A DNA stretch of 64,000 bases from Duganella sp. Lineage in GTDB: Bacteria; Pseudomonadota; Gammaproteobacteria; Burkholderiales; Burkholderiaceae_D. Shown piece by piece: positions 63,723 through 64,000 of this stretch. The notes under the pieces are model-generated. The model did no database searches, was not told the DNA's origin, and saw only the letters and a list, made by a program, of their open reading frames with translations. Made by a program: the position numbers and the translations under genes. The stretch is taken from NCBI RefSeq assembly GCF_039595735.1, contig NZ_JBCNLB010000009.1, positions 73,562 to 137,561 on the forward strand. The letters are read 5' to 3'. Each line of letters starts with the position of its first letter. The first letter of the stretch is position 1.

Positions 63723-64000
63723 ATCCAGCATCGTGCTGGTGGTGGACGACATCCCTGAGAACCTGGCCGTGCTGCACGATGCGCTCGACGAATCCGGCTA
63801 CACCGTGCTGGTGGCGAACAACGGCGAGACAGCGCTGATCCGCGCCGCCGAGGCGCAGCCGCACATCATCCTGCTGGACGCCATCATGCCCGGCATGGAC
63901 GGCTTTGAAACCTGCCGCCATCTGAAAGCCAACCTGGCCACCCGTCACATTCCCGTCATCTTCATGACCGGCCTGACCGAGGCCGAACACGTGGTGGCCG
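63706..64000 (+). CDS. Response regulator (receiver domain), truncated by the window end
   Basis: Not in the ORF track: MNFNSESSIVLVVDDIPENLAVL...ILLDAIMPGMDGFETC...PVIFMTG; overlaps the kinase stop codon. Confidence 0.93.
   Translation, partial: MNFNSESSIVLVVDDIPENLAVLHDALDESGYTVLVANNGETALIRAAEAQPHIILLDAIMPGMDGFETCRHLKANLATRHIPVIFMTGLTEAEHVVA

Overview
GC-rich betaproteobacterial chromosome segment, most likely Oxalobacteraceae (Duganella/Massilia/Janthinobacterium-like). This assignment is inferred from gene order and from FxDxF- and MHFG-type PEP-CTERM genes. The backbone is conserved housekeeping DNA: guaA-guaB, rnfH-ratA/smpB, SPFH-nfeD, ppsA/ppsR, trmH-rnhB-lpxB-lpxA-fabZ-lpxD-skp-bamA-rseP-dxr-cdsA-uppS-frr-pyrH-tsf-rpsB, and map-glnD. 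Accessory blocks are inserted into it. (1) A probable island remnant lies downstream of the guaA 3' end. It carries a CE1 esterase lipoprotein, an AraC/NDH-2-like/MBL/LuxR module, a MacA-like adaptor plus outer-membrane factor with no pump, an internally deleted IS256 and yefM-yoeB. A palindrome and a 19-bp tandem array precede yefM. (2) Three PEP-CTERM surface proteins. (3) A complete cellobionate utilisation locus (GntR-type LacI regulator, gluconokinase, GPH transporter, GH94 cellobionic acid phosphorylase, GH3) with three matching operators. (4) An unannotated, strongly degenerate HigBA-like gene pair after ratA-rnfH, which is the best candidate for something undescribed. (5) Two different REP-like palindromic elements. 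(6) A degenerate REC-EAL protein and a permease-fused hybrid sensor kinase. No CRISPR, rRNA, tRNA or tmRNA was seen. All family assignments come from motif recognition by eye, not from database searches.
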